Origin: Halarcobacter sp.
Lineage (GTDB): Bacteria; Campylobacterota; Campylobacteria; Campylobacterales; Arcobacteraceae
Direction of reading: 5' to 3'
Assembly: GCA_048571215.1 (NCBI GenBank)
Contig: CP182352.1
Location: 832,001-896,000, forward strand
Length of the DNA stretch: 64,000 nucleotides
This document shows, piece after piece, positions 31,265 to 40,177 of the stretch. The notes beneath the pieces are model-generated. The model saw only the letters and a program-made list of their open reading frames with translations. It made no database searches and was not told the DNA's origin. Each line of letters opens with the position of its first letter. Position 1 is the stretch's first letter. Made by a program: the position numbers and the translations under genes.

Positions 31265-31480
31265 ATGAGTTTAGAAGGTAAAGAGAATAATCAAGAAGAC
31301 TTTATTAGTGATTTAGAGCACAAAAATAGGTTGATACGAATAATAGTATTTGTTGTGATCAGAAAGAAAGATTGAGGTTAAAAAAAGAAGAAAATAAAGA
31401 ATAAATCATATTTTGAAGAAATAGATGATAATCCAAATTTGGAGCCTATTCCTGACATATCTCATTTAAAAAAGAAGTAG
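31265..31480 (+). pseudogene. Degenerate small ORF remnant
   Basis: AAGGA RBS then ATG MSLEGKENNQEDF... stopping early; another frame reads ...NPNLEPIPDISHLKKK*. Confidence 0.35.
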
Positions 31481-31727
31481 GTATATAAAATTGTCCTCAT
31501 AATATATTAATGAGTACTAAACATTGATAGTTTTATTAATATATTAGATAGACAATATAATATATTGATAGGATAATTTAATGTTTTAAGTAGATTAATT
31601 GAAGAATATAATATATTAGAGGGATAACCTTATTCTGATTAACTTGTATAGATCTACATTAATTCTTTTTAATAGCTTTTAGTATTATTATAATATAATA
31701 AATAATACTATTTTGTAAGGTGCCATA

Positions 31728-33320
31728 GTGAAAAAAATTTTTACTTTTTTATCAAAAGATTTTCTTATAACTTTTTCAATTCTATTCTTTTTTTTATTGG
31801 CTATAAGTATATTATGGAAAGAAAATACAATTATTAGTATTTTTATTTTAATTATCATTTTGAGTTTATTAGTTTTGTCTGCAGTAGGACCTAATTCTTT
31901 ATTAAACTTTATTTTTGAACAGTCAAAAGATGGAACTAAATTTAGTTTTAACAGGCATATTCTTACAAAAGAGGAAAATAAATTTGCAAATGATGTAGAG
32001 TATTTAAATATTAATGATTTTGAAAATCAAGAAATTTATGAACAATCAATTAAGAGAAGCTTTGAAAAAAAATCAGATTTCGATTTTTTAATTATCTCTA
32101 CAAAACTTTGGAGAGAAAAAAAATATGATGAAGCCTTAGAACAAGCTTATTTTGGTTTATATATTTCAAATAACAAAAAGATAAAGTCTTTATTAACTAT
32201 GAGGGTAGGGACTATTTATCAAGATTTAAAATATACAGAAATTTCAAAAGAGAAATATACTAAAGCTATATCGATAAATCCTGAAAATACAAAAGCTTAT
32301 AATAATTTAGCTATATATTATGCAGATAAAAAAAGATTTCATAAAGTGAAAGAATTACTTTCAATATCTTTAGATTTGAATAAGAATAATTTTAATACAT
32401 ATAATAGTTTGGGAGCATTATATACAAATAAAGATTTTGAAAACTATGATTATAAAAAAGCAGAAAAATATTATCTTAAATCGATAGAGTTAGACCCAAA
32501 GGAAAATAAACCATATAGAAATATTGCTCTGTTATATGCAGATAAAGATTTTGAAAAACATGATTACCAAAAAACAGAAGAATATTTGTTAGAAGCATTA
32601 AATATGAATGAAAAAGATATAATGACTTTAAAGTTACTAGCTAAACTTTATATGACTAAAGATTTTAAAAATTGTGATTATAAAAAAGCAGAAAAATATT
32701 TGTTAGAAGCATTTGAAATTGAGAGAAAAGATATTTTTACTTTATTAATATTGGTAGAACTATATTCAAATAAAAATTTTAAAAATTGTGATTATAAAAA
32801 AGTAGAAAAATATTTGTTAGAAGCATTTGAAATTGATAGAAAAAATATTGATGTACTTAAATCTCTTGGCTATTTATACCTAAATAATGGTTTTAAAAAC
32901 TATGATTATAAAAAGGCGAAAGAATATTTGTTAGAAGTATTAAATATGAATGAAAAAAAAGATCCTATTTTCTTAAATAATTTAGGATTTAATTATCTAA
33001 AATTGGGAAGTTTTAAAAAAGCTAAAAAATATTTAAAGAAATCATATAAAATTGACAAAAATTCTGCAGCTACTCTTGATAGTTTAGGTGAGCTATATAT
33101 GGAACTTAATAAATTTGATTTGTCAGAAAAGTATTTTAAAAGGGCAATAGAAATAAATAATAAAAATGAAATATATTATGAAAATTTGATTAAACTTTAT
33201 ACTAAGTTTAATAAAAAAGAAGAAAAGATAAAAATTATTAAAGAATTGAAAAAATTAAAAGATAATAAAGAGAGTATTTCTAGATGGAGACCGTTCAAAA
33301 ATCTGTGTCAAGTCACCTAA
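31728..33320 (+). CDS. Membrane-anchored TPR/Sel1-like repeat protein (C-terminus extended by IS256)
   Basis: Two N-terminal TMs; AYNNLA, YNSLG, LDSLG TPR motifs; five 38-aa repeats. Confidence 0.85.
   Translation: MKKIFTFLSKDFLITFSILFFFLLAISILWKENTIISIFILIIILSLLVLSAVGPNSLLNFIFEQSKDGTKFSFNRHILTKEENKFANDVEYLNINDFENQEIYEQSIKRSFEKKSDFDFLIISTKLWREKKYDEALEQAYFGLYISNNKKIKSLLTMRVGTIYQDLKYTEISKEKYTKAISINPENTKAYNNLAIYYADKKRFHKVKELLSISLDLNKNNFNTYNSLGALYTNKDFENYDYKKAEKYYLKSIELDPKENKPYRNIALLYADKDFEKHDYQKTEEYLLEALNMNEKDIMTLKLLAKLYMTKDFKNCDYKKAEKYLLEAFEIERKDIFTLLILVELYSNKNFKNCDYKKVEKYLLEAFEIDRKNIDVLKSLGYLYLNNGFKNYDYKKAKEYLLEVLNMNEKKDPIFLNNLGFNYLKLGSFKKAKKYLKKSYKIDKNSAATLDSLGELYMELNKFDLSEKYFKRAIEINNKNEIYYENLIKLYTKFNKKEEKIKIIKELKKLKDNKESISRWRPFKNLCQVT
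32430..32999 (+). repeat. Five tandem 114-bp (38-aa) intragenic repeats
   Basis: KDFENYDYKKAEKYY / KDFEKHDYQKTEEYL / KDFKNCDYKKAEKYL / KNFKNCDYKKVEKYL / NGFKNYDYKKAKEYL at 114-bp period. Confidence 0.85.
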
Positions 33321-34616
33321 AGTAACAAATCCATACTTGTTACAACTCTAAATAATTATCCAATCTCCCTTCGAAAAATATAGCAAGTTGGGAGATTGTT
33401 AAACTCCAATTATGCACTGGCTGAGTCCATTTTACTTTTGCATTTAATATTCCCATATACAACAATTTTAAAAGTGAATTCTCATTAGGGAAAGCTCCTT
33501 TTGTTTTGGTTAATTTTCTAAATTGCCTATGTACAGATTCAATAATATTTGTAGTGTACATAATCTTTCTTATCTCTTTTGGATATTTAAAATAATAAGA
33601 TAAATTCTCCCATTTATTTTGCCAAGATTGAAGTACTATGGGATATCTTTTCCCCCATTTTTCATCTAGTTTTAAAAGCTCATCTTCTGCAAGTTCTTTT
33701 GTTGTTGCTTGATAAACAAGTTTTAAATCTCTCATAAACTCTTTTTGGTCTTTAGAAGCTACATACTTCAATGAATTACGAATTTGATGTACAACACAAA
33801 GTTGTACTTCGGTATTTGGATATATTGTTTTAATAGCTTCAGGAAAGCCTTTAAGACCATCTACTGATGCAATTAGTATATCTTCTAATCCTCTATTATT
33901 TAAATCAGTAAGAACACTAAGCCAGAAGTTTGCTCCTTCACTTTGGGATAAATATAATCCTAATATATCTTTTTTACCATCAATTCCCATCCCTAAAACT
34001 GTGTAAACTGCTTTACTCACATACTTCCCACCATCTTTTATTTTATAATGTATCGCATCAAGCCATACAAATGGATAAATAGCTTCTAAAGGTCTACTTT
34101 GCCAAGCTTTTACCTTATCTATAATTTTATCTGTAATAGTGCTTATTGTTGCACTTGATAATTGTATTTGATATATCTCTTCAATATGTTTTATAATATC
34201 TCTATAGCTTAATCCTAAGCCATACATAGATAATATCTTTTCTTCTATTTCATTAGACATTGTTGTTTGGTTTTTCTTTACAAGTTGTGGTTCAAAAGAA
34301 CCTGTTCTATCTCTTGGAGTATTCAATTCAAAGGAACCACTTGTTGATTTTATTGTTTTAGAGCTTTTACCATTCTTTCTATTTTTATTTCCTGCAAATA
34401 CATCTTGAGTTATATGAGAATCTAATTCTGCTTCTAAAGCAGCTTCAACTAATTGTTTTACTAATGGAGCAAGTACTCCATCTTTACCATTGATATTTTT
34501 ACCTGCAAGTAAATCTTGTACAGCTTCATTAAAATCAAATTGTTTTTTCTTTTCCATCTATATCAATCCTTATAATATTTATTATATCAGACTGACACAG
34601 ATTTTCTAACACTCCC
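33287..34616 (-). mobile_element. IS256-family insertion sequence (1330 bp)
   Basis: Imperfect terminal IRs (GAGACCGTTCAAAAATCTGTGTCA vs reverse complement GGGAGTGTTAGAAAATCTGTGTCA); 8-bp target duplication TCTAGATG at 33279-33286 and 34617-34624. Confidence 0.93.
33340..34557 (-). CDS. IS256-family DDE transposase
   Basis: PRDR..SFEP, WLDAI, DGLKG, QLCVVHQIRN, YTTNIIES. Confidence 0.96.
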   Translation of the reverse strand: MEKKKQFDFNEAVQDLLAGKNINGKDGVLAPLVKQLVEAALEAELDSHITQDVFAGNKNRKNGKSSKTIKSTSGSFELNTPRDRTGSFEPQLVKKNQTTMSNEIEEKILSMYGLGLSYRDIIKHIEEIYQIQLSSATISTITDKIIDKVKAWQSRPLEAIYPFVWLDAIHYKIKDGGKYVSKAVYTVLGMGIDGKKDILGLYLSQSEGANFWLSVLTDLNNRGLEDILIASVDGLKGFPEAIKTIYPNTEVQLCVVHQIRNSLKYVASKDQKEFMRDLKLVYQATTKELAEDELLKLDEKWGKRYPIVLQSWQNKWENLSYYFKYPKEIRKIMYTTNIIESVHRQFRKLTKTKGAFPNENSLLKLLYMGILNAKVKWTQPVHNWSLTISQLAIFFEGRLDNYLEL

Positions 34617-34727
34617 TCTAGATGATTAATTTTAAATATAGAAAACCATATAACTTTATATAGTTTTCTAAATTTTTTATATTATTTTATGTATTTGAAT
34701 ACCTATTTATAATTTTATAAAATAAGC

Positions 34728-35051
34728 TTATTTCCTGTTTTGTAATATTTCACAAATTTCATCATAATCTTCTCTTATTGCTCGTTCTAAGTCCGATTGT
34801 TCCTCATATAGTAGGTCTTTTTTTGGTAAACTATTAAATAGTTCTTCATGTTCCTTTTTCAACCTTAGTAGATCTTCATTAGATAGGTCATTATATGTTC
34901 TATTATCATCTAATAAAGTATTTATTCTATCTAAGTTTACTTTTTCTTGTGGCTCTTTCTTAGCTACTAGCATACTTTCTAAGTTTGAATTATATTGATA
35001 ATCTGTTCCAGTTCTTAAGTCATTTTCATACATTTTTAATCCTTTAATCAA
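34728..35051 (-). CDS. Small acidic helical hypothetical protein coupled to the NERD-helicase
   Basis: 107-aa ORF overlapping the upstream stop (ATGA); alternative start at 35033. Confidence 0.6.
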   Translation of the reverse strand: MIKGLKMYENDLRTGTDYQYNSNLESMLVAKKEPQEKVNLDRINTLLDDNRTYNDLSNEDLLRLKKEHEELFNSLPKKDLLYEEQSDLERAIREDYDEICEILQNRK

Positions 35052-37447
35052 ATTATTTTAAAAATCTTACTTTTATTTATTTTATAAATTTTTTTATTAC
35101 TCTTCTGTTTTATTTTCTCTAAAAAACCATGTTGTATAAATCTATTAATATTTATACCTAACTCCTTTTTCCATATAGATTCATCTTTTATAAGCTTTTC
35201 AATATATTTACATGAACGAATTTCTTCTATAGTAATAAAATCATTATGATGTTTCTCTAAAGATAAAAGAAGTTTAAAAATACCACTAATGCTAGAAATA
35301 TCAAAGTGGTGTTTGTTTATAAGTGTAATAGTTTCATCTGAAAGTATTTCATGGTACTTATGATAATAAAATCTACCTAATATTTTAATAGGTTCATCCA
35401 TCAATGAAATATTTATCCTTTCTTCTTTTTTATCTAAATTCTCAAGTATGTAAAATACTTTTTTAATTTCAATAATATTGATATCTTTGAAATTGTTTTT
35501 TAAACAATTAACGCAAAACTTTTCTCCATTATAATTTATTTGTCTATATGTGGTAGTTTTGCAATCTTCACAATATTCAAACTCTAAATTATTTAAATTC
35601 ATTTCCTGAAAATTACTAGAATGAAGCTTTGCTGTATTTAAATCATGTTTATTAACAGTAATTGAACAAATATCATTTTTTAGAAAGTATTCAATAAGTA
35701 AACTGTTAATAAAGCTATATTGAGTTTCTATGAACAATATATATTTTTCTGAATAAAAAATTTTCATTTCAAAAAGATTTATATTTTTATGGTTTGAAGC
35801 TAATAAGTCATTAAAAACTTCAATTTCATGATGTATTTTCTCTTTTAAACTATTATCAGTAATATCAGATTTTAACAAAAGTTGTTCTAAATGTGATTTT
35901 CCTAAAGATAATACATTTTGAGGTATAACTACTATTGTTTGTGTTGTAGCTCTAGAATATGCTACATAAAATTCATTTAAATCACTTTTATTTGCTGATG
36001 TTATGACATAAACTACAATTGATTTTTCCATTCCTCTGTAACTTTGTACTGTAAAAGTTTTAATATCTTTATAGGTATATTTTTTTAAACTTTCTGTTGC
36101 TAATGATGAAACAAGTAGTACTATATCTTTCGTGTCTATAGATTGTTCTAAAAGTTCATCTATTGTACCTTGAATAGTTTGTTTTAAATTATCATTAGAT
36201 ATACGCTCAACTAAATCTAGTTCATCTAAGCTTCTAGGTGTTGTTTGTTCAATTGATGGTATAAACATTTCCAATAATCTTTTATAAACCTTATAAGGAG
36301 ATCTATAGTTTCTTGTTAAAATTTTTTTTCCATTAAAATGAAAAATCTTATCCATATTTGAATTTAATATTTTCCCTTCATGCCCAAAGGATTGTAGTTC
36401 ATCTGAAAATACATATATTTTTTTATTTTCAAAATATTCTTTTAAATAATTAAGCCATATTCTAGCTAAAGACTGTGCTTCATCAATAATTAAACAATCA
36501 TAATTATTATCTACGTGATTGATTATACCTTCAAGAACTTTTGTTTCATTTTTTGTTACATATTTAATATCACTTAATGGATTAGTTATTTTTAAGAAAT
36601 GATGAAATGTCAATACATCAACATTAGATTCTAGATGTTTTAACTCACTTTTTATTAATTCTGTAATTTCTTTATTAAAGGATAAAAATAATACTTTATA
36701 ATTTCTTTTTTCTACTAAAAGTCTTGATAATATGATTGCTAAAATAGTTTTCCCTGTACCAGCTCTACCAGAAATAAAGTATCTATTATATTGCATTGCT
36801 TCTTCTATAAAATTTGTTTGTTCTTTTGATAACATTAACCAAGTACGATTATCGTAATTAATTTTATTTTTAATAGAATCAATAGATTGGGGTAGTAAAA
36901 TATCTAATATTTGTTCAATTCTTGAATCTGTTAAGAAAGAATTTTTTTTATATAAACTTTCATTCCAAAATTTATAAATTTCGATAATTTTATTTTCTAA
37001 ATTAATTTCATTATTAGCATTAAAAGTTATTTTATCATAGTCATTATTATATTTTTGGGGACTAGAATCAGGAAAACCAACTGCATAACCTATCATCAAG
37101 TTTGATAACTCTTTTGTTAAGTCTAAAACAGCATAGGCATTATCATGTGCTTGTTTATAAGGACTTTTTTTAAGTTCTTCTCCATTAGTAAAGAAAGCAT
37201 GACGATTGTAACTAATCCTACCTCCTTTGACTTCAATACACAAAATGCCATAAACTTTATGGATTATAACAAAATCAATTTCTCCATCAGGGGTAAATCT
37301 ATGTCTTCTTAGTGTTGCAATAGAAGAAAGCCAATTTAAACTATGAATGATATGAAAATCATCTGAAAATGTTTTAAATATATTATATAGTTTTTTTTCC
37401 GCATTTGATTTACAAAATCCAATGTTTCCTGGATATAGTCTTGCCAT
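35048..37447 (-). CDS. NERD nuclease + superfamily 1 helicase/ATPase with C-terminal Cys4 motif
   Basis: GEIDFVII..IEVKGG..PYKQA; GRAGTGKT; IIDEAQ; NYRS; SYRGME; YVAYSRA; CEDC...CVNC. Confidence 0.85.
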   Translation of the reverse strand: MARLYPGNIGFCKSNAEKKLYNIFKTFSDDFHIIHSLNWLSSIATLRRHRFTPDGEIDFVIIHKVYGILCIEVKGGRISYNRHAFFTNGEELKKSPYKQAHDNAYAVLDLTKELSNLMIGYAVGFPDSSPQKYNNDYDKITFNANNEINLENKIIEIYKFWNESLYKKNSFLTDSRIEQILDILLPQSIDSIKNKINYDNRTWLMLSKEQTNFIEEAMQYNRYFISGRAGTGKTILAIILSRLLVEKRNYKVLFLSFNKEITELIKSELKHLESNVDVLTFHHFLKITNPLSDIKYVTKNETKVLEGIINHVDNNYDCLIIDEAQSLARIWLNYLKEYFENKKIYVFSDELQSFGHEGKILNSNMDKIFHFNGKKILTRNYRSPYKVYKRLLEMFIPSIEQTTPRSLDELDLVERISNDNLKQTIQGTIDELLEQSIDTKDIVLLVSSLATESLKKYTYKDIKTFTVQSYRGMEKSIVVYVITSANKSDLNEFYVAYSRATTQTIVVIPQNVLSLGKSHLEQLLLKSDITDNSLKEKIHHEIEVFNDLLASNHKNINLFEMKIFYSEKYILFIETQYSFINSLLIEYFLKNDICSITVNKHDLNTAKLHSSNFQEMNLNNLEFEYCEDCKTTTYRQINYNGEKFCVNCLKNNFKDINIIEIKKVFYILENLDKKEERINISLMDEPIKILGRFYYHKYHEILSDETITLINKHHFDISSISGIFKLLLSLEKHHNDFITIEEIRSCKYIEKLIKDESIWKKELGININRFIQHGFLEKIKQKSNKKIYKINKSKIFKII

Positions 37448-37727
37448 TTGATTTAATTTCCTTTTATTTAATTAATGAATTTATATTATGATGAGATTAT
37501 TACTTACTATTAAAGTTCAATATTTTTTATAGTTTTATTTAATTTTGTAGCCAGATATAAAACAATTTAATGTTATTGTAATTTGTTTATTTTATATTCT
37601 AAAGTATTCTTTTACTTTTATAGTTTAATAAAAACTCTTTATAACAGGTAACATTATATAATCTTTTTTATTAATTTATAAAGGGTTTTTATGGTGTTTG
37701 TATTTATATAATTGAGTTCCAAATCGT

Positions 37728-38911
37728 TCAATTAATAATATTATCTAAAGCTTTCAAAGCTCTTGAAGCTTGTTCTTTAGATTTAGTTACATATCTTTGT
37801 TCTGTTACTATAATTGAACTATGTCCTAACATTCTACTTACATCAGCTACAGCTACTTCATTTTGAAGTAGCGTAGTTGCTAACATATGTCTAATATCAT
37901 GTAATCTAAGTTTTGTAGATTCAATGTTTTTAATAGTTTTTGAAAATGCCATCTTGGTGTTTCTTTTGTATAATTAAATATTTTTAGATCTAACTTATCA
38001 TTTAGTTCAATATGATTAATTTTAGATTGTGTTTCAAGTGCATTTAGTAATGTATCATCTAAATCAAAAACTAATTCTTTTTTCCCTTTTGCTTTACTAG
38101 CTGGTATTCTAAAAATCTTTTGTGATAAATTTAAATCTGAATACTTTAGATTTAAAACTTCACTTACTCTACGTCCAGTTAATAAAAATAAAAAAATATT
38201 TCTAACTTCAGGAAATTGATAATATTCTTTATCAGAAACTTTTATTAAACTATAACTTCTCATTGCTTTGATAATTGTTCTTGTATCCTCAATAGGAAGG
38301 GTGTAATCTATTTTGTTGTGTACACTTGGTATTTCTAATGTAGACCAATCAAGATTTAAAGGTTTTAAAAAGGTTTTTAAATTTAATGCTAACAGTTTAA
38401 CTGTTGCTGGTTTTCTTCTCCCGATTAACTTATTTAGTTGTTTTTGTACATCATGTATTGTAATACTATTATATAGCTTATTATGAAGTTCTTTTGAGTG
38501 TGTTAATAGATTAGTTGAATAGTTATCAATAGATGACTGTCTTAATGATATAGACTTTTATTTTATGAATATTTTTGCCTGTTCTAAGAATGTATTAGAC
38601 TCTAGTGAGTTTTCAATATATTTTTCTCTTAATGTACCTTTTATTGCAAGTTTCTTTTTTAGTTCTTCTCTTGTTGAAGATACTTGATCTATAGATTTTT
38701 TAAATCCAATATCATTAGTATTAAAATAAAATACTTTAGAACTATCTATACCATTCTTTTTAATTCTAAGGTGAAGTTTATAAACACCATTAATATACTT
38801 ATTTGCTTCTTTAACTGTAGTAATTTCTTTTATATTAATATCTGAATCAATTTCAAGTGAAATACCTGTACAATTTGAATTAGGAAGTTTAACTCTAACA
38901 TATTTTTTCAT
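37728..38911 (-). pseudogene. Tyrosine integrase with one nonsense codon and one frameshift
   Basis: In-frame TAA at 38558-38560; TGRRVSE, KAK; frameshift near 37915; LHDIRH, LGHS, RY motifs. Confidence 0.88.
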
Positions 38912-38953
38912 AACACACACCTTTTAAACACACACTTTTTAACACACTTTTTT
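38911..38953 (+). repeat. Three tandem AACACAC..TTTT repeats at the integrase start, near attR
   Basis: TAACACACACCTTTT-AAACACACACTTTTT-AACACACTTTTTT. Confidence 0.6.
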
Positions 38954-39064
38954 AGATTAGTTAATATGGAAGTATATATATTGGAAGTTTAATAAAAGCT
39001 TATTTTATGGTGAGTTTGCTGGGAGAATATTATTCTATATAAATAAATATAAAAGTATATAATA

Positions 39065-39084
39065 TTATATAGGATTGGACAAGA
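39065..39084 (+). repeat. attR core (20-bp direct repeat) followed by the displaced original gene end
   Basis: TTATATAGGATTGGACAAGA; reads LYRIGQEKIL* to 39097. Confidence 0.9.
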
Positions 39085-39091
39085 GAAAATA

Positions 39092-40177
39092 CTATAAAGT
39101 TTTTAAGGTTTTATTTATTAAGTTATTTGATTCTATGATTTTTGATAGATTTACCTCTTTATTTTGTATTAAATTGTAGATTGTATCAACTATGGTTTTT
39201 AGTTGTATTTTATCTAATTGGTTACCAAAGAGTAGAATATTTACACCTGAGTTTATTGCTAGTTTTAATGTTTCTTTTAGGGTGTAGTGTGAAGATATTG
39301 CTTTCATTTGTAAGTCATCACTTATGATTATCCCCTTATAGTTTAGATTCTTTCTTAGTAATTTTGTATTTATTTTATAAGATAGGGTTGCTGGATATTT
39401 ATTATCTAAATTTTTATTAAACACATGGGCTGTCATTATAAATTTTGCTTCGTTTGATTGGATTAGTTTTTTATAGGGGATTAACTCTTTTTCTTCCCAA
39501 GTATTTGTTATATCTACAAAACCTTTGTGGGAATCACTAGTTGAAGATCCATGACCTGGAAAATGTTTCAGTACAGAAAAAACTTTGTTTTTTCCCATTT
39601 GTTTTATAAAAGTTGAGGCATATTTTATAACTTCTTTTGGCTCATTTGAGTAGGACCTTTCTAATCCTACTATCACATGGTTTTTAGTATTAATAGCTAC
39701 ATCAACAACAGGAGCAAAGTTTAGGTTTATCCCTACATTATTAAGCTCTTTTGATAGTTTGTTATAGGTTCTTTTCGCATTTTCTATACTTTTTGTAGAT
39801 ATTTTATTGGCACTTGGATAATCAGAAAAACCATTTTTAGAATTTAGTCTTTGAACTTTTCCACCCTCTTGATCAATAGAGATAAGCATTTTGTAGTTTG
39901 AGTAGTTTTGAATATCACTAATCAAGGTTTTTAATTGTAAAGGATTTTTTATATTTTTAGTTTTTTTAGTTTTGTAATCTTTGTTAAAAAGTATCACTCC
40001 ACCAAGATTGTATTTATCAATATTTTCTTTTAGTTTTGAATTTAAAGTTTGGGAATCAAACCCTAATATAATAGTTTGCCCAATTAGTTTTTCTATCTGC
40101 TGTTTAGATAACTCTTTTGAATATAAAAAGCAGATAAAAAAACTTAAAACAAATAGAGTTTTAAATAACTGTGCCAT
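39092..40177 (-). CDS. Glycoside hydrolase family 3 beta-N-acetylhexosaminidase (NagZ-like, secreted)
   Basis: Signal peptide; DQEGG.V.R, KHFPGHG...DSH, SDDLQM. Confidence 0.9.
   Translation of the reverse strand: MAQLFKTLFVLSFFICFLYSKELSKQQIEKLIGQTIILGFDSQTLNSKLKENIDKYNLGGVILFNKDYKTKKTKNIKNPLQLKTLISDIQNYSNYKMLISIDQEGGKVQRLNSKNGFSDYPSANKISTKSIENAKRTYNKLSKELNNVGINLNFAPVVDVAINTKNHVIVGLERSYSNEPKEVIKYASTFIKQMGKNKVFSVLKHFPGHGSSTSDSHKGFVDITNTWEEKELIPYKKLIQSNEAKFIMTAHVFNKNLDNKYPATLSYKINTKLLRKNLNYKGIIISDDLQMKAISSHYTLKETLKLAINSGVNILLFGNQLDKIQLKTIVDTIYNLIQNKEVNLSKIIESNNLINKTLKTL

Larger units (their letters stand above)
30302..39084. mobile_element. Decaying integrative element / genomic island (~8.8 kb)
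   Basis: 20-bp terminal direct repeats, tyrosine integrase next to attR, relaxase remnant, accessory cargo, IS256. Confidence 0.88.

Noticed and set aside
32430..32999. CRISPR array or DGR template/variable repeats
   Set aside because: The repeats are in-frame 114-bp coding units with degenerate copies; there are no cas genes or reverse transcriptase in the window, and differences are not adenine-specific.
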